Positions 1-9,231 of a stretch of DNA of 64,000 bases are shown piece by piece; positions within the stretch are counted from its first letter, which is position 1, and the number at the start of each line of letters is the position of its first letter. Below the pieces are notes generated by a model, which had not been told where the DNA came from, made no database searches, and saw only the letters and a list, made by a program, of their open reading frames with translations. The position numbers and the translations under genes are program-made. The DNA is from Acidobacteria bacterium UBA823 (GTDB lineage: Bacteria > Acidobacteriota > Vicinamibacteria > Vicinamibacterales > UBA823), in NCBI GenBank assembly GCA_002296225.1, contig DBHR01000015.1:26079-90078 (forward strand), given 5' to 3'.

Positions 1-1
1 C

Positions 2-493
2 GGGGTCGATTCGGTTGAACACGCCTCCTGGCTCAATGACACCTCATACCATCTCTTGTTGGAATCGGGCGGCTACGTGGTGCCGACCCTGATGGTCAAG
101 GACATGATTCGACGCGGCCTCGGGAACCGGGACCCCGCGACACGGGCGCGGCTTGAACGTTCCCTCGTAGAGCATCCAAGGCGGGTCGCCGAAGCGTTCG
201 CCGCCGGCGTGAAGATCGCGTCCGGAAGCGACGCTGGTGTCGTGCCACATGGCCGGAACGCCCGGGAGCTCGAGTGGTATGTCGACATCGGTCTGTCCGA
301 GATGGAGGCGATCGTGACAGCGACGGTGAACGCTGCGGATTTGCTAGGCCAGAGCGAACATCTCGGAACCCTGGAGCCAGGCAAGCTCGCCGACGTCATC
401 GCGGTACCCGAAAGCCCGCTGGAAAACATCTCGGAGCTGTTTAATGTGGATTTCGTGATGAAGGCAGGGAAGGTGTACAAGAACGCTCGTTGA
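2..493 (+). CDS. Amidohydrolase-family protein, C-terminal part (5' end lies outside the window)
   Basis: The frame is open from the window edge. The translation (...GSDAGVVPHGRNARELEWYV...TVNAADLLG...GTLEPGKLADVIAV...MKAGKVY) looks like the C-terminal half of metal-dependent amidohydrolases. Confidence 0.7.
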   Translation, partial: GVDSVEHASWLNDTSYHLLLESGGYVVPTLMVKDMIRRGLGNRDPATRARLERSLVEHPRRVAEAFAAGVKIASGSDAGVVPHGRNARELEWYVDIGLSEMEAIVTATVNAADLLGQSEHLGTLEPGKLADVIAVPESPLENISELFNVDFVMKAGKVYKNAR

Positions 494-521
494 CCGGAAG
501 CGTGGTTAATCAACCGCGAGA

Positions 522-1016
522 CTAATCTTCGTCCATCGACCGGATCGCGCCGTACATGAGGCCACCGTGCGCACCGTGATCCCAAGTGCCAGCGTACCGG
601 TCGTCGTAAAAAATGACCCGCGCACCGAACCCTTCCCCAAGACCCGGAATCGAGAAATCCGTGATGCTGACCATCGGGGTGTCGCCAGCCCAGATGATCG
701 GGACCACCACCGGCAATGTGGCATCAACGCTGCCGTAGGCCAGATGCACGTCGAATCGCCATCGGTCGCCGTCAAGTTTCGTGACCTTGGCAATCTCATA
801 GAGTTCTGGGTTTCCGTCGCTCCGGTCACGTCCCCTGAGCGTGAAGTGACCTTCGAGGGCCACGTTCTGCATCCGTTCAGTGAACCTACGCTCGAGGTCA
901 GTCAAGGAGACCGGGTCTGCCGCCTGACCGGTCCCGGTCGCTGCCAGGAACCAACCGAGCGCGAATGTGACAAGCAGCGCAACGAACACACTAGCGACTT
1001 TCAGTGGTTTATTCAT
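522..1016 (-). CDS. Hypothetical exported protein
   Basis: ATG at 1016. The N-terminus MNKPLKVASVFVALLVTFALGWFLA looks like a signal peptide or membrane anchor. I recognise no other motif. Confidence 0.55.
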   Translation of the reverse strand: MNKPLKVASVFVALLVTFALGWFLAATGTGQAADPVSLTDLERRFTERMQNVALEGHFTLRGRDRSDGNPELYEIAKVTKLDGDRWRFDVHLAYGSVDATLPVVVPIIWAGDTPMVSITDFSIPGLGEGFGARVIFYDDRYAGTWDHGAHGGLMYGAIRSMDED

Positions 1017-1114
1017 GGCACCAGGCTCCTTATTCCCGAGACTTCCTCATGAGGGGGTATTCTACGGTAGCTAATCTTGAGCGGGTCAGGCAATGCACTT
1101 AGTTAGGAGGCGGG

Positions 1115-2050
1115 ATGCCTAAAAAGGAATGGCCAGTTGCGTTCGTTCCCATGGTGGCAGTAGCAATGATGCTCCTGGGTGCGAGCGCTCCTCAGGCGCA
1201 ACTCAGCGACACGACTGCTTTTCTAGCTCACGTGTCCAACCAGTATCGCGTCGTCCCCAATGTGGTGTATCACGTCGCGAACAAACATGAAAATAGGCTC
1301 GACCTTTATCTGCCGACCAATCCGACCGGCCCCACGCCGGTGCTAATGATGATCCATGGCGGAGGCTGGGTTGGCGGTACGAAGGAGGCACAGGTCCTTC
1401 GGTTGTTGCCCTACCTCGAAAAGGGATGGGCCGTCGCGAACGTTACATACCGGCTTGTGCAGGTTTCGAGAGCACCGGCAGCCGTCGAAGACTGCTTGTG
1501 CGCGTTGCAGTGGATCGCGAACAATGCGGAACGCTATAACTTCGACACGTCCCGCATCATCACCTCCGGAAACTCGGCGGGCGGCCACCTGTCGCTGACG
1601 AGCGGGATGCTGCCACGCCCGACTATCCTCGCACGAGAGTGTGTGTCGGGAAGCTTCACAGGACCGTCGACGAACCCGTCAGTGGATGTTGCCGCAATCA
1701 TCAACTGGTATGGCATTACCGACGTCGCAGATCTGCTCGAAGGACCGAATACAAAAGACTACGCTGTCCGGTGGTTCGGTGGTCTGCCGAACCGGTTGGA
1801 AATTGCCAGGTTCGTTTCGCCCTTGACCCATATTCGACCAGAGTTGCCGCCGACTCTCACCATCCATGGGGATGCGGATCCGACCGTGCCCTACGAGCAT
1901 GCCGTCCGGTTACACGCGGCGCTAGAAGACGCGGGTGTCCCAAATGAGCTTCACACCGTAGCCGGCGGTGGCCACGGCGGCTTCAACCGAGCACAGACAC
2001 TGATGATCTACGAGACGATTCAAAAGTTCTTGGCTCGACACGGACTCTGA
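1115..2050 (+). CDS. Alpha/beta-hydrolase (esterase/lipase type), exported
   Basis: AGGAGG at 1105-1110 precedes the ATG. It has a signal-like N-terminus, the oxyanion motif HGGGW, the nucleophile elbow GNSAGGH (GxSxG) and a C-terminal HGDAD...GGGH. Confidence 0.8.
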   Translation: MPKKEWPVAFVPMVAVAMMLLGASAPQAQLSDTTAFLAHVSNQYRVVPNVVYHVANKHENRLDLYLPTNPTGPTPVLMMIHGGGWVGGTKEAQVLRLLPYLEKGWAVANVTYRLVQVSRAPAAVEDCLCALQWIANNAERYNFDTSRIITSGNSAGGHLSLTSGMLPRPTILARECVSGSFTGPSTNPSVDVAAIINWYGITDVADLLEGPNTKDYAVRWFGGLPNRLEIARFVSPLTHIRPELPPTLTIHGDADPTVPYEHAVRLHAALEDAGVPNELHTVAGGGHGGFNRAQTLMIYETIQKFLARHGL

Positions 2051-2166
2051 CACGCCGGACCGACACCTAAGAGACAGAAACGTGGGTCGGCCTATCGTGT
2101 GTCAGGGACAATCGATAGACCTGCGGTGGTGGACATGTCACGAAGGACCCACAGAGAACGCCGAGA

Positions 2167-2613
2167 CTAGCTGGGCGGACGCCGCCGTTCCTGGGGGTCA
2201 AGCCCATCTCGCGGTGCACCGGTTCCTGACGAGCCTAGAAACAGTTGCTCGCCGTTCTCTAGCGTCAAACTGCGACCGTTCGCCTTGAACGACCCGTCCT
2301 TCGCCTGGTAGCCGTCAACCGCAATGATCGTTCCCGGCATCAGGGAGTCCCTCGTGACCCCTCGCCGAAACAGCGTGTTCGGCGTCCCGCCTTCGATCAT
2401 CCACTGCTCAACGGTGCCATCTTCCCTTGTGACATCGACGTGGATCCAGGCGTGGGGATTGATCCACTCCATCTTAGTCACGGTGCCCGTCAACGTGAGT
2501 GGCCTGTTCGCATCGAATTCGGCCGCAAATGCATGGTGCGCCGCAACCGGTACCGTGCTCAGCATTAGAAGCACACTAGCGCCAATTCCTACTACGACTC
2601 GTATTCGACGCAT
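2167..2613 (-). CDS. DUF6152-like small exported protein
   Basis: I chose the internal ATG at 2613, because the longer track ORF would overlap the upstream gene. The product starts MRRIRVVVGIGASVLLMLSTVPVAA|HHAFAAEFD...VTKMEWINPHAWIHVDV, the pattern I associate with DUF6152. Confidence 0.7.
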   Translation of the reverse strand: MRRIRVVVGIGASVLLMLSTVPVAAHHAFAAEFDANRPLTLTGTVTKMEWINPHAWIHVDVTREDGTVEQWMIEGGTPNTLFRRGVTRDSLMPGTIIAVDGYQAKDGSFKANGRSLTLENGEQLFLGSSGTGAPRDGLDPQERRRPPS

Positions 2614-2669
2614 CGCACAATTCTCAGCTTGCCACCTGCCGTATGACACAGCCGTCGTCTGCCGAATCC

Positions 2670-3704
2670 TCATTGGGGATCCCTCGTCGTAAGAGCCGCG
2701 GCGGCCGCATCCTGGGCGCGCGCGCCGGCCAGAAGATTGACCATGCCGTAGTTCCCCTCGTGACACGCATATTCGAAGATCGGCCCCTCAGTCGCCTTCA
2801 TCGGAATGACGGCCGACCATGGCTTTGTGAACGACTTCGGATCGTCGATAGTGAATTGGTAGAGGAGCCGCCCAATACTAACCCGCGTAAACCGCTCCTC
2901 TAAATGTAAATCCGCACCAGATCCCCGAAACGCGGTTTTGCCATTAAAATTCGTCGACTCCACAACGAGTGTCTGGCCCTCCCAACGCCCGCGTGGGTCA
3001 CCCCGCCACTGGCGGATGTTGTCGGGAAGGTGTGAGCCTTCGTCGATGGGCACGATGCGGGCATCGTGGATCATTTCATTGAAGATCACCACGACCCCAG
3101 GAGCCTGGAACAGTTGCACGTTGTTGTTGTAGGCACTCGGCGTGATGGGCGGTCCCGCGTTGCCCCCGACAATGCATCGTTCCCACACATTGCGATCCTC
3201 AGGGCCATGTGCGGGCCGACGGCGGGCCTCCCGTCGCTGGTCTAATCTCAGTTGCCCGTCTGACGTAAGGAGTGGAATCCTCCCATCGGGGGGATCCACA
3301 ATCAGTGAGGTGCGCCGGTCTTCGACGAGCGTATCGCCATAATCCCACCAGAAGTGGTTGTAGGCGTTGGCCACGTCAGTTTCAGGTGTCAGACCATCCT
3401 CAACGCGTTGGTCCTTGTGGAGACTCGCGACACGCGCTGCTTCGTATTCAGCCGCTTCCTCGAGTGTGAAGACACTTTTGTCGGCCAGATCGTCAGGGCG
3501 CTGCAGTGGCGTGATGGTCCGGAAGTCCCAAATGCCTTGAAGATCCGGCACACCCCACGGAGTACGAGCTCCCGTCCAAGCCGGTTCCGTCGCGTTGGCA
3601 TCGTCCACTCGCAAAGCCTGCCCTGCAGCTGGCAAGACCATAACCAACGAAGCGATGGCCGTTGCTACAAAGACTAACGCCAAACCCGAATATCGATGGT
3701 CCAT
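2670..3704 (-). CDS. Exported protein of unknown function, paralogue A
   Basis: ATG at 3704 (MDHRYSGLALVFVATAIASLVMVLPAAG, signal-like). It shares collinear motifs with the next gene: GIW, RGRWEGQTLVVESTNF, ERFT, DPKSFTKPW, EYACHE. Confidence 0.7.
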   Translation of the reverse strand: MDHRYSGLALVFVATAIASLVMVLPAAGQALRVDDANATEPAWTGARTPWGVPDLQGIWDFRTITPLQRPDDLADKSVFTLEEAAEYEAARVASLHKDQRVEDGLTPETDVANAYNHFWWDYGDTLVEDRRTSLIVDPPDGRIPLLTSDGQLRLDQRREARRRPAHGPEDRNVWERCIVGGNAGPPITPSAYNNNVQLFQAPGVVVIFNEMIHDARIVPIDEGSHLPDNIRQWRGDPRGRWEGQTLVVESTNFNGKTAFRGSGADLHLEERFTRVSIGRLLYQFTIDDPKSFTKPWSAVIPMKATEGPIFEYACHEGNYGMVNLLAGARAQDAAAAALTTRDPQ

Positions 3705-3715
3705 CGGCACGCTCC

Positions 3716-4540
3716 TTAACGCGTCGGGTCCTTGCGAAGGTGCCCGTAGATTAACTCTTCGACGAACTCCACACACTTAAATTCCAGCAACTGGACGTTC
3801 TCATCCAGGCGCCGGTAAAGCGGCATGCTCATGGTCCACGGACGCGTGAACACGTTCGGGTCCTCCATGGCCACCTCGTAGCGGAGCGCGTTGGGGCTAA
3901 TCGGTGTGTAGCGCTCGGTAACCCGCAGCGCCTCAGTGTGAAAATTCCCTGCGCTGTCGAACCACGTGTCGCCGACCTGGGCGGTGACGTCAACAACCAG
4001 CGTGTCCCCTTCCCAGTGGCCGCGTGAATGTCCCATCCACGTGTCGAATGGGCTTTCGAAATCAGGCTGGCTCATATAGATGACCCGGCTAGAGCTAGCA
4101 AATTCGTACGCGATCAACACATGGTCTGGGGTCTGCACGATTTGGAACGGAAACGGCATATAGGTGGCACGTGGTACACCCGGCATGTAGCACTTGACAA
4201 CGGGATCGGCCGTTACCCAATTCTCGAAATTCTGCAGCTTCTGGGCCGCAGCCCAGGGCTGATAGGGAATAGGTCCACCGTTAACGACCCCTAGGCCCCC
4301 GGGTATCGCACCGATTGCGCCTAGCGAAACGATCGGTCCTGGACGCGCGGCATGCCCCTCGATGTCCCAGTGTGCTGACCCAAGGGCCTGCCAGATGCCA
4401 TTCAGAACGGGCCGGCCGTCAGCGGTGCGCGGGGGCTCGTAGCTCTGCTCCTGACCCACAGCCGCTTCGGCGGTTGCCAGTAGTCCAGCAATGGCGGCCG
4501 TCGCAAGGACAAGAACCGCGCCGCTGTCTCGAGTGCCCAT
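3716..4540 (-). CDS. Exported protein of unknown function, paralogue B
   Basis: Likely ATG at 4540 (MGTRDSGAVLVLATAAIAGLLATAEA, signal-like). Motifs GIW, RGHWEGDTLVVDVT, ERYT, DPNVFTRPW and EFKCVE are collinear with paralogue A. Confidence 0.7.
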   Translation of the reverse strand: MGTRDSGAVLVLATAAIAGLLATAEAAVGQEQSYEPPRTADGRPVLNGIWQALGSAHWDIEGHAARPGPIVSLGAIGAIPGGLGVVNGGPIPYQPWAAAQKLQNFENWVTADPVVKCYMPGVPRATYMPFPFQIVQTPDHVLIAYEFASSSRVIYMSQPDFESPFDTWMGHSRGHWEGDTLVVDVTAQVGDTWFDSAGNFHTEALRVTERYTPISPNALRYEVAMEDPNVFTRPWTMSMPLYRRLDENVQLLEFKCVEFVEELIYGHLRKDPTR

Positions 4541-4607
4541 GGTCTCGATCACCCTTCTCCGTCCCACGCAGCGTTACCGCAAAGACGGCGTTTACATCTT
4601 TGGCCTG

Positions 4608-5117
4608 TCACTTTCCGGCCCACATCCTTCTCCACGTCAGCTGCCCGCTCATGCGACCGCTTTCGTCCTTGATGGACAGGGTGAGAAGATCACCGTCAAA
4701 CGCGTAATACCGTACTCTACCTTGGCCTACCAGTTCAGGACGCATCGGTGCGCCGATGACATGGTGAGTGACCGTGCCTGCAGCCACGTCAATGTCGGCC
4801 CTACCGAAGTAGGCGAAACCGCCGATTGTTCGCTCGTCGCCAGTCGCTTCGACTCTGTGCGGTAAATCACTCGGCATACCGATGGCCGACATGTTTCCGA
4901 GAGGGTCATACATGATGCGCGCAACGTAATCCCTCGGGATCACTTCGCCGCCGGGCTGAAAAGTCACGTATTGCATGAGCTCGTAATTGCCAACGAACTC
5001 CGCCTTCACGACCTCAAGCGAATCCGTTTGCTGCGCGGATGCCCGATGGCCGGCGAGGTCCATCGTCAAGCCGAAAAGCATGGCGATAGCCAACCAGGTG
5101 CTACGCTTCGGTCTCAT
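4608..5117 (-). CDS. Lipocalin-like-domain exported protein
   Basis: Signal-like N-terminus MRPKRSTWLAIAMLFGLTMDLAGHRASA. The remainder (...FVGNYELMQY...YYAFDGDLLTLSI...) resembles bacterial lipocalin-like domain proteins. Confidence 0.55.
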   Translation of the reverse strand: MRPKRSTWLAIAMLFGLTMDLAGHRASAQQTDSLEVVKAEFVGNYELMQYVTFQPGGEVIPRDYVARIMYDPLGNMSAIGMPSDLPHRVEATGDERTIGGFAYFGRADIDVAAGTVTHHVIGAPMRPELVGQGRVRYYAFDGDLLTLSIKDESGRMSGQLTWRRMWAGK

Positions 5118-5255
5118 CGCGGCCTCCTTGCACCGGCCCTGAAGATATCAGGGTGCGCTGATTGTAAACCAGCCTTGGTATACTCCCCTCGTTTTCCAAG
5201 CAACCGCCGCTATCCTGTCCGCCGTGCCGGATACAACGATTTGAGGTGCCCAGCC

Positions 5256-5798
5256 ATGACACGTACTGGTGCCGTCATCTTGGCAACGCTCGTCGCCCTT
5301 CCGCTCTTGGTCTCCCCCGTATCGGCACAGGTCGTCCGCACCGACCGTGCCAGCATGCGCGGTCTTACGGATTTCGAAATCGTCGTAGAAGATTTGATCC
5401 CCGAAGCGCAGCTCGACGGCCTGACCAAGGACCACCTGCTTGAGGCCGTGGAGAACAGACTCCGACTGGCTGGGTTCGTGCTCGCCGCCGACAGCACCGG
5501 CGGCGGCGCCTATCTGTACGTCAACGTCAACATGACGGTCGGAAGCGGTATCTACATTTATTGCGCCGAACTACAACTGCGACAGGCCACGCGACTCGTA
5601 CGCGCGCCGGATCAGGCAGTGCCCGAAGCTGTCACATGGCAGACTGGAGTGGTCGCTGCGGTGCCAGCCACGGAACTGCGGGTGGGAATTACTAGTGTTG
5701 TCCTCGGCGAGGTCGATACTTTCATCCGAGACTACGCGGAAGAGAACCCGGGGACGGTGACGGTCCCGCCGCAACACGACGCCCCTCCGCCCGCCTAG
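5256..5798 (+). CDS. Hypothetical exported protein
   Basis: In-frame ATG at 5256 gives MTRTGAVILATLVALPLLVSPVSAQ (signal-like). The longer track ORF would run antisense through the neighbouring gene. A TGgTATACT extended -10-like element lies at 5176-5184. Confidence 0.55.
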   Translation: MTRTGAVILATLVALPLLVSPVSAQVVRTDRASMRGLTDFEIVVEDLIPEAQLDGLTKDHLLEAVENRLRLAGFVLAADSTGGGAYLYVNVNMTVGSGIYIYCAELQLRQATRLVRAPDQAVPEAVTWQTGVVAAVPATELRVGITSVVLGEVDTFIRDYAEENPGTVTVPPQHDAPPPA

Positions 5799-6331
5799 CT
5801 CACACTCTTGCGGAACGCTTGGATAATTTCGCGCTGGTTAGAGTACGCGGCGCGAGCCTCAACGAACCCGGCGCGGTCAATACCAAGCTCGCTCGCAATC
5901 TGACGAATCCGGCGCTCCTCGGCCGACGAGATTGCATCGTCGGCAGCCGACACGGCAAACAGGCAGTCGAGCAACTCGCGGCGCTGCACCTCAGTCGACA
6001 TCTCCTTGAACTGCCGGGTTACCAGAAAGTCTTCGGTGCCACCGAACAGCTCGGTCTGGCTGCGGCCGATCTGGACGACGAGCACAGCCTGCGCTTCCGG
6101 GATGTGGCCCAGTTCGACGACGAACTTAGTCATCAATGCGATCTCTTTGTCGCTGAAGCGCTGGTCGGCGTGTGCCACGCGGGCGAGAACGTAGGCGAAC
6201 GCGGCCAAGTAGCGTGCCCGGTCGCGGTCAAGCCGTTCGAGCTTGGTCACGATCCGGCGCACGGTCTCGGTGTCACGCTCGGTGTCATCGGGCTCGGTTT
6301 GACCCAAACCCAGAAATGTCAGTAGCGACAT
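5795..6331 (-). CDS. TerB-family (tellurite-resistance-like) protein
   Basis: Two-lobed helical pattern ...AFAYVLARVAHADQRFSDKE...LLDCLFAVSAADDAISSAEERRIRQIASELG typical of TerB-like domains. Confidence 0.65.
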   Translation of the reverse strand: MSLLTFLGLGQTEPDDTERDTETVRRIVTKLERLDRDRARYLAAFAYVLARVAHADQRFSDKEIALMTKFVVELGHIPEAQAVLVVQIGRSQTELFGGTEDFLVTRQFKEMSTEVQRRELLDCLFAVSAADDAISSAEERRIRQIASELGIDRAGFVEARAAYSNQREIIQAFRKSVS

Positions 6332-6351
6332 GGTCGCCCAGTCCCCTGTTC

Positions 6352-7416
6352 TCAGTGCCGAACAAAGCGCGGCGTCGATCGCGTCGGATTAGCGCCGAGC
6401 ATTATGGCCACCCAGCGGAAGTCCTTGGTATTCTCGAGCGCGATTTTCACAATAACGGTTAGCGGCACTGATAACAGCATACCGACCGGCCCCCAGACCC
6501 ATCCCCAGAAGACCAAGGACAAAAAGACGACCAACGTCGACAGGCCGAGCCGTCGACCCATTAAATAGGGCTCCAAGAAGTTGGCCAGCCCAATGTTAAT
6601 AACGAGGTATCCGACTGCCACGACGGCCGCGCGGGCGGGCCCAAACTGAACCAACGCCAACAGCACGGGCGGGATGGCTGCCAGAATGGACCCAAGGTTT
6701 GGAATGTAGTTAAAGATGAACGCGACCAGTCCCCACAGGAGCGGAAATCCGAGTCCCAGCACCGAAACCCACAGCCCGACCAAAATTCCGGTTGCCAAGC
6801 TGATTAGCGTCTTGATCGCCAAATAGCGCTGGATCTGGCGAGTCATTTTGCCAAACCGTTCGAAGTGGTCTGAGCGATCGCCGAATGCCGCCTTGAGTTT
6901 TCCAGAAAAGCCAGCCGCCTCGGCCAGGATAAACACCATCGTGAGGATGACGAGAAACGTGTTTTGAGCGATGGCCGCCACAGCGCGTAGCGTGCCACCC
7001 ACCAAATCCATCAGCGCGCCGGGATTAAGAATCGCGGGCGCACCCCAGCCCGCAGTCTCGACGCCACGCGCCTCAAACCATTCCAGGGCCCAGCCCATGA
7101 GCTGCTGGAAGCGTGCTTGATAGTCTGGCGCCGCCGCAGTGAATTCGTTAAGGGATCGCCCGACGACGATCACAACGCCGGCCAGCACGGCCACGGCCGT
7201 TAGCACCGTCACCAAGACGGCCAGTACGGTCGGCGCACCCTTCCGACGCAGCCAAGCCATAAACGGCAGACTGATGATGGCGAGCAACACGGAGACGAGG
7301 AACGGGAGCAGCAGCTGCCCTGCAGCACGTAACCCGGCGAGGACGACCACGAGGCTAGCAGCAAGGATGAGGAAGCGAGCACTCCGATCGGGCCCGCGGC
7401 GGTCTTCGGCAATCAT
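6352..7416 (-). CDS. AI-2E family (PerM/UPF0118) transporter
   Basis: Polytopic membrane protein ending in the characteristic ...NYIPNLGSILAAIPP...EPYLMGRRLGLSTLVVFLSLVFWGWVWGPVGMLLSVPLT. I prefer the ATG at 7416 over the TTG at 7443. Confidence 0.8.
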   Translation of the reverse strand: MIAEDRRGPDRSARFLILAASLVVVLAGLRAAGQLLLPFLVSVLLAIISLPFMAWLRRKGAPTVLAVLVTVLTAVAVLAGVVIVVGRSLNEFTAAAPDYQARFQQLMGWALEWFEARGVETAGWGAPAILNPGALMDLVGGTLRAVAAIAQNTFLVILTMVFILAEAAGFSGKLKAAFGDRSDHFERFGKMTRQIQRYLAIKTLISLATGILVGLWVSVLGLGFPLLWGLVAFIFNYIPNLGSILAAIPPVLLALVQFGPARAAVVAVGYLVINIGLANFLEPYLMGRRLGLSTLVVFLSLVFWGWVWGPVGMLLSVPLTVIVKIALENTKDFRWVAIMLGANPTRSTPRFVRH

Positions 7417-7667
7417 GCGGTTCGCTTCACCTCCCAGACACAAGCATCAGTCGACTTCGAAAACTCGACGCGTGATCACCGTATGGTACCAGATGATGCT
7501 GAAATGACTGAATCTCGGGCACAGAACGGAGGCGCGACGTGTGCGCCCGCTCGCCTGAGGCGTGGGCACCGGGCTATACTAGCGTTCTATGCTCGGCGGC
7601 GGCAGCGGTCCGCTCGTCGGCGTTTCCCGTGTGCCTTGCCACATCGGAACGGCATCGTCCAGTGCGT

Positions 7668-7754
7668 GCGAAAGTGGCGGAACTGGCAGACGCGCCGGAT
7701 TTAGGATCCGGTGGCCGCAAGGCTGTGGGGGTTCAAATCCCCCCTTTCGCACCA
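7668..7754 (+). tRNA. tRNA-Leu (anticodon TAG), class II with long variable arm, CCA encoded
   Basis: Folded by hand. Acceptor GCGAAAG/CTTTCGC. Anticodon arm CCGGA-TTTAGGA-TCCGG (anticodon TAG). A 15-nt variable arm. T arm GGGGG-TTCAAAT-CCCCC. Discriminator A followed by CCA. Confidence 0.9.
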
Positions 7755-7779
7755 ATTCCTAGCATCCAAGCGACGAAGC

Positions 7780-9087
7780 ATGAAGACCGAGTTCACCGAC
7801 ATCAGTGACACGCAGAAGAACGTCGCCGTAGAGATAGCGAGTGAGGTCGTCGACGCCGAGATCGACCGCGTCGCTCGCGACTATGGACGTACCGCGCGCA
7901 TCCCCGGCTTCAGGCCAGGCAGGGTACCCGCCAAGCTGTTACGTCAGCGGTTCCGCGACCGAATCCTGCACGACGTGGCCCAGGGTTTGATCCCGAAAGC
8001 CGTTGACGAAGCGCTCCGTGAATGCGGCCTCGAGCCAGTCGACCTGCCGAAAATTCGCGACGTAGTCATCGACGAGGGCCGTCCGCTGACGTTCGTTGCC
8101 GATTTTGAAACTGTGCCCCCGATCGACCCAGGCGACTATGCGATCCTTACGCTCAGACGACCACCCGTCGCGGTCGAGAAGGACGCGATCGACCAGGCCC
8201 TGAATGGGTTACGGGAACGATCTGCGCGCTTCGATCCCGTGGACGGCCGACCGGCCGAGCATGGAGATTCGATTGTGCTCGACTTAACGCGCCAAGTCGT
8301 CGGCGGACCGGACTCAGACGGGGTGCCGGCCGAACAGTTGAAGCCGGACGCCCACCAGGGCGTCACGATCGAAATCGGCGGTTCGTCGAACCCACCAGGG
8401 TTCGACGACGAGGTGACAGGTCTCGATGTCGGCAATACGAAGGAGTTTACGTTGTCATATTCGGCCGATTATTCAGTCTCTGAACTGGCTGGCACGAAGG
8501 TGCGTTACAACGTGACGGTTAAGGCGATCAAGCGTCGGGTCGTGCCCGAGCTCGACGATGAGTTCGCGAAGGACATCGGCGATTTCGAGAATCTCAGCGC
8601 GTTGCGGACCCGCGTGGCCCAAGATCTGCAGAAAGAAGCCGAACAGGACGCCGACCGGCAGGTGCGGGCTGACCTAACGAAGCAACTCGCGGGTCGCGTG
8701 ACGTTCGACGTGCCGGAAGCCCTCATCAACCGCGAAATAGACCGACGCGTTGACGAATTCGTGCGGCGCCTTCTCGAACAACAAGTCGACCCTAAGAAGA
8801 CCGACATCAACTGGGAAGAATTCCGGGAACAGCAACGCGAGCACGCCCAGGAGGCAGTCCGTAGCGCCCTCGTCCTTGATGAGATCGCGCGCCGTGAGTC
8901 ACTCGCCCCGGCCGAAAAAGACATCGAGCACGAAGTCGCGCGCTACGCCGAGCGGGCTGGGCGGCCGGCTGCAGCCGTACGTGCGAAGCTGGAGCAGGAA
9001 GGTGGTATCGCGCGGGTTGAGATCGGCCTCCGGCGGGAGAAAGCCGTCGCTCTCCTCATGTCGCGTGCTAAGATCGTGACTGTGTGA
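7780..9087 (+). CDS. tig: Trigger factor
   Basis: ATG at 7780. The N-terminal ribosome-binding motif GFRPGRVP and the overall length and layout are typical. It sits upstream of clpP-clpX. Confidence 0.95.
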   Translation: MKTEFTDISDTQKNVAVEIASEVVDAEIDRVARDYGRTARIPGFRPGRVPAKLLRQRFRDRILHDVAQGLIPKAVDEALRECGLEPVDLPKIRDVVIDEGRPLTFVADFETVPPIDPGDYAILTLRRPPVAVEKDAIDQALNGLRERSARFDPVDGRPAEHGDSIVLDLTRQVVGGPDSDGVPAEQLKPDAHQGVTIEIGGSSNPPGFDDEVTGLDVGNTKEFTLSYSADYSVSELAGTKVRYNVTVKAIKRRVVPELDDEFAKDIGDFENLSALRTRVAQDLQKEAEQDADRQVRADLTKQLAGRVTFDVPEALINREIDRRVDEFVRRLLEQQVDPKKTDINWEEFREQQREHAQEAVRSALVLDEIARRESLAPAEKDIEHEVARYAERAGRPAAAVRAKLEQEGGIARVEIGLRREKAVALLMSRAKIVTV

Positions 9088-9231
9088 ATAGCGACGTCGT
9101 TAAGTGCGGAATCCCACCAAATTGCCGATATCGTCTGTAGTGAAGCGTCGGGGCAACACGTCACACAGCAGAGTGCGGACATACTTGGCACATACTCGCA
9201 AATGTGTGCAGGAATGTGTCGAGGATCGACC

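Noticed and set aside
4971-5255. N-terminal extensions of track ORFs: 4971-5255, 2614-2766, 3705-3776, 7711-7779, 31747-31782 and 37502-37645.
   Set aside because: The extensions overlap neighbouring genes or the tRNA, lack signal or motif content, and are followed by in-frame starts that give canonical N-termini.
7668-7754. tRNA-Leu as an integration hotspot marking a genomic island.
   Set aside because: No integrase is adjacent and I saw no duplicated tRNA 3' segment nearby. The downstream genes are the universally conserved tig-clpPX-lon cluster.
9186-9200. A sigma54-like element, TGGCAC-ATACT-CGCA, in the tig-clpP intergenic region.
   Set aside because: The GG-to-GC spacing is one nucleotide shorter than the strictly conserved -24/-12 spacing (TGGCACG-N4-TTGC). 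The -12 element is CGCA rather than TTGC. It is probably a chance match.
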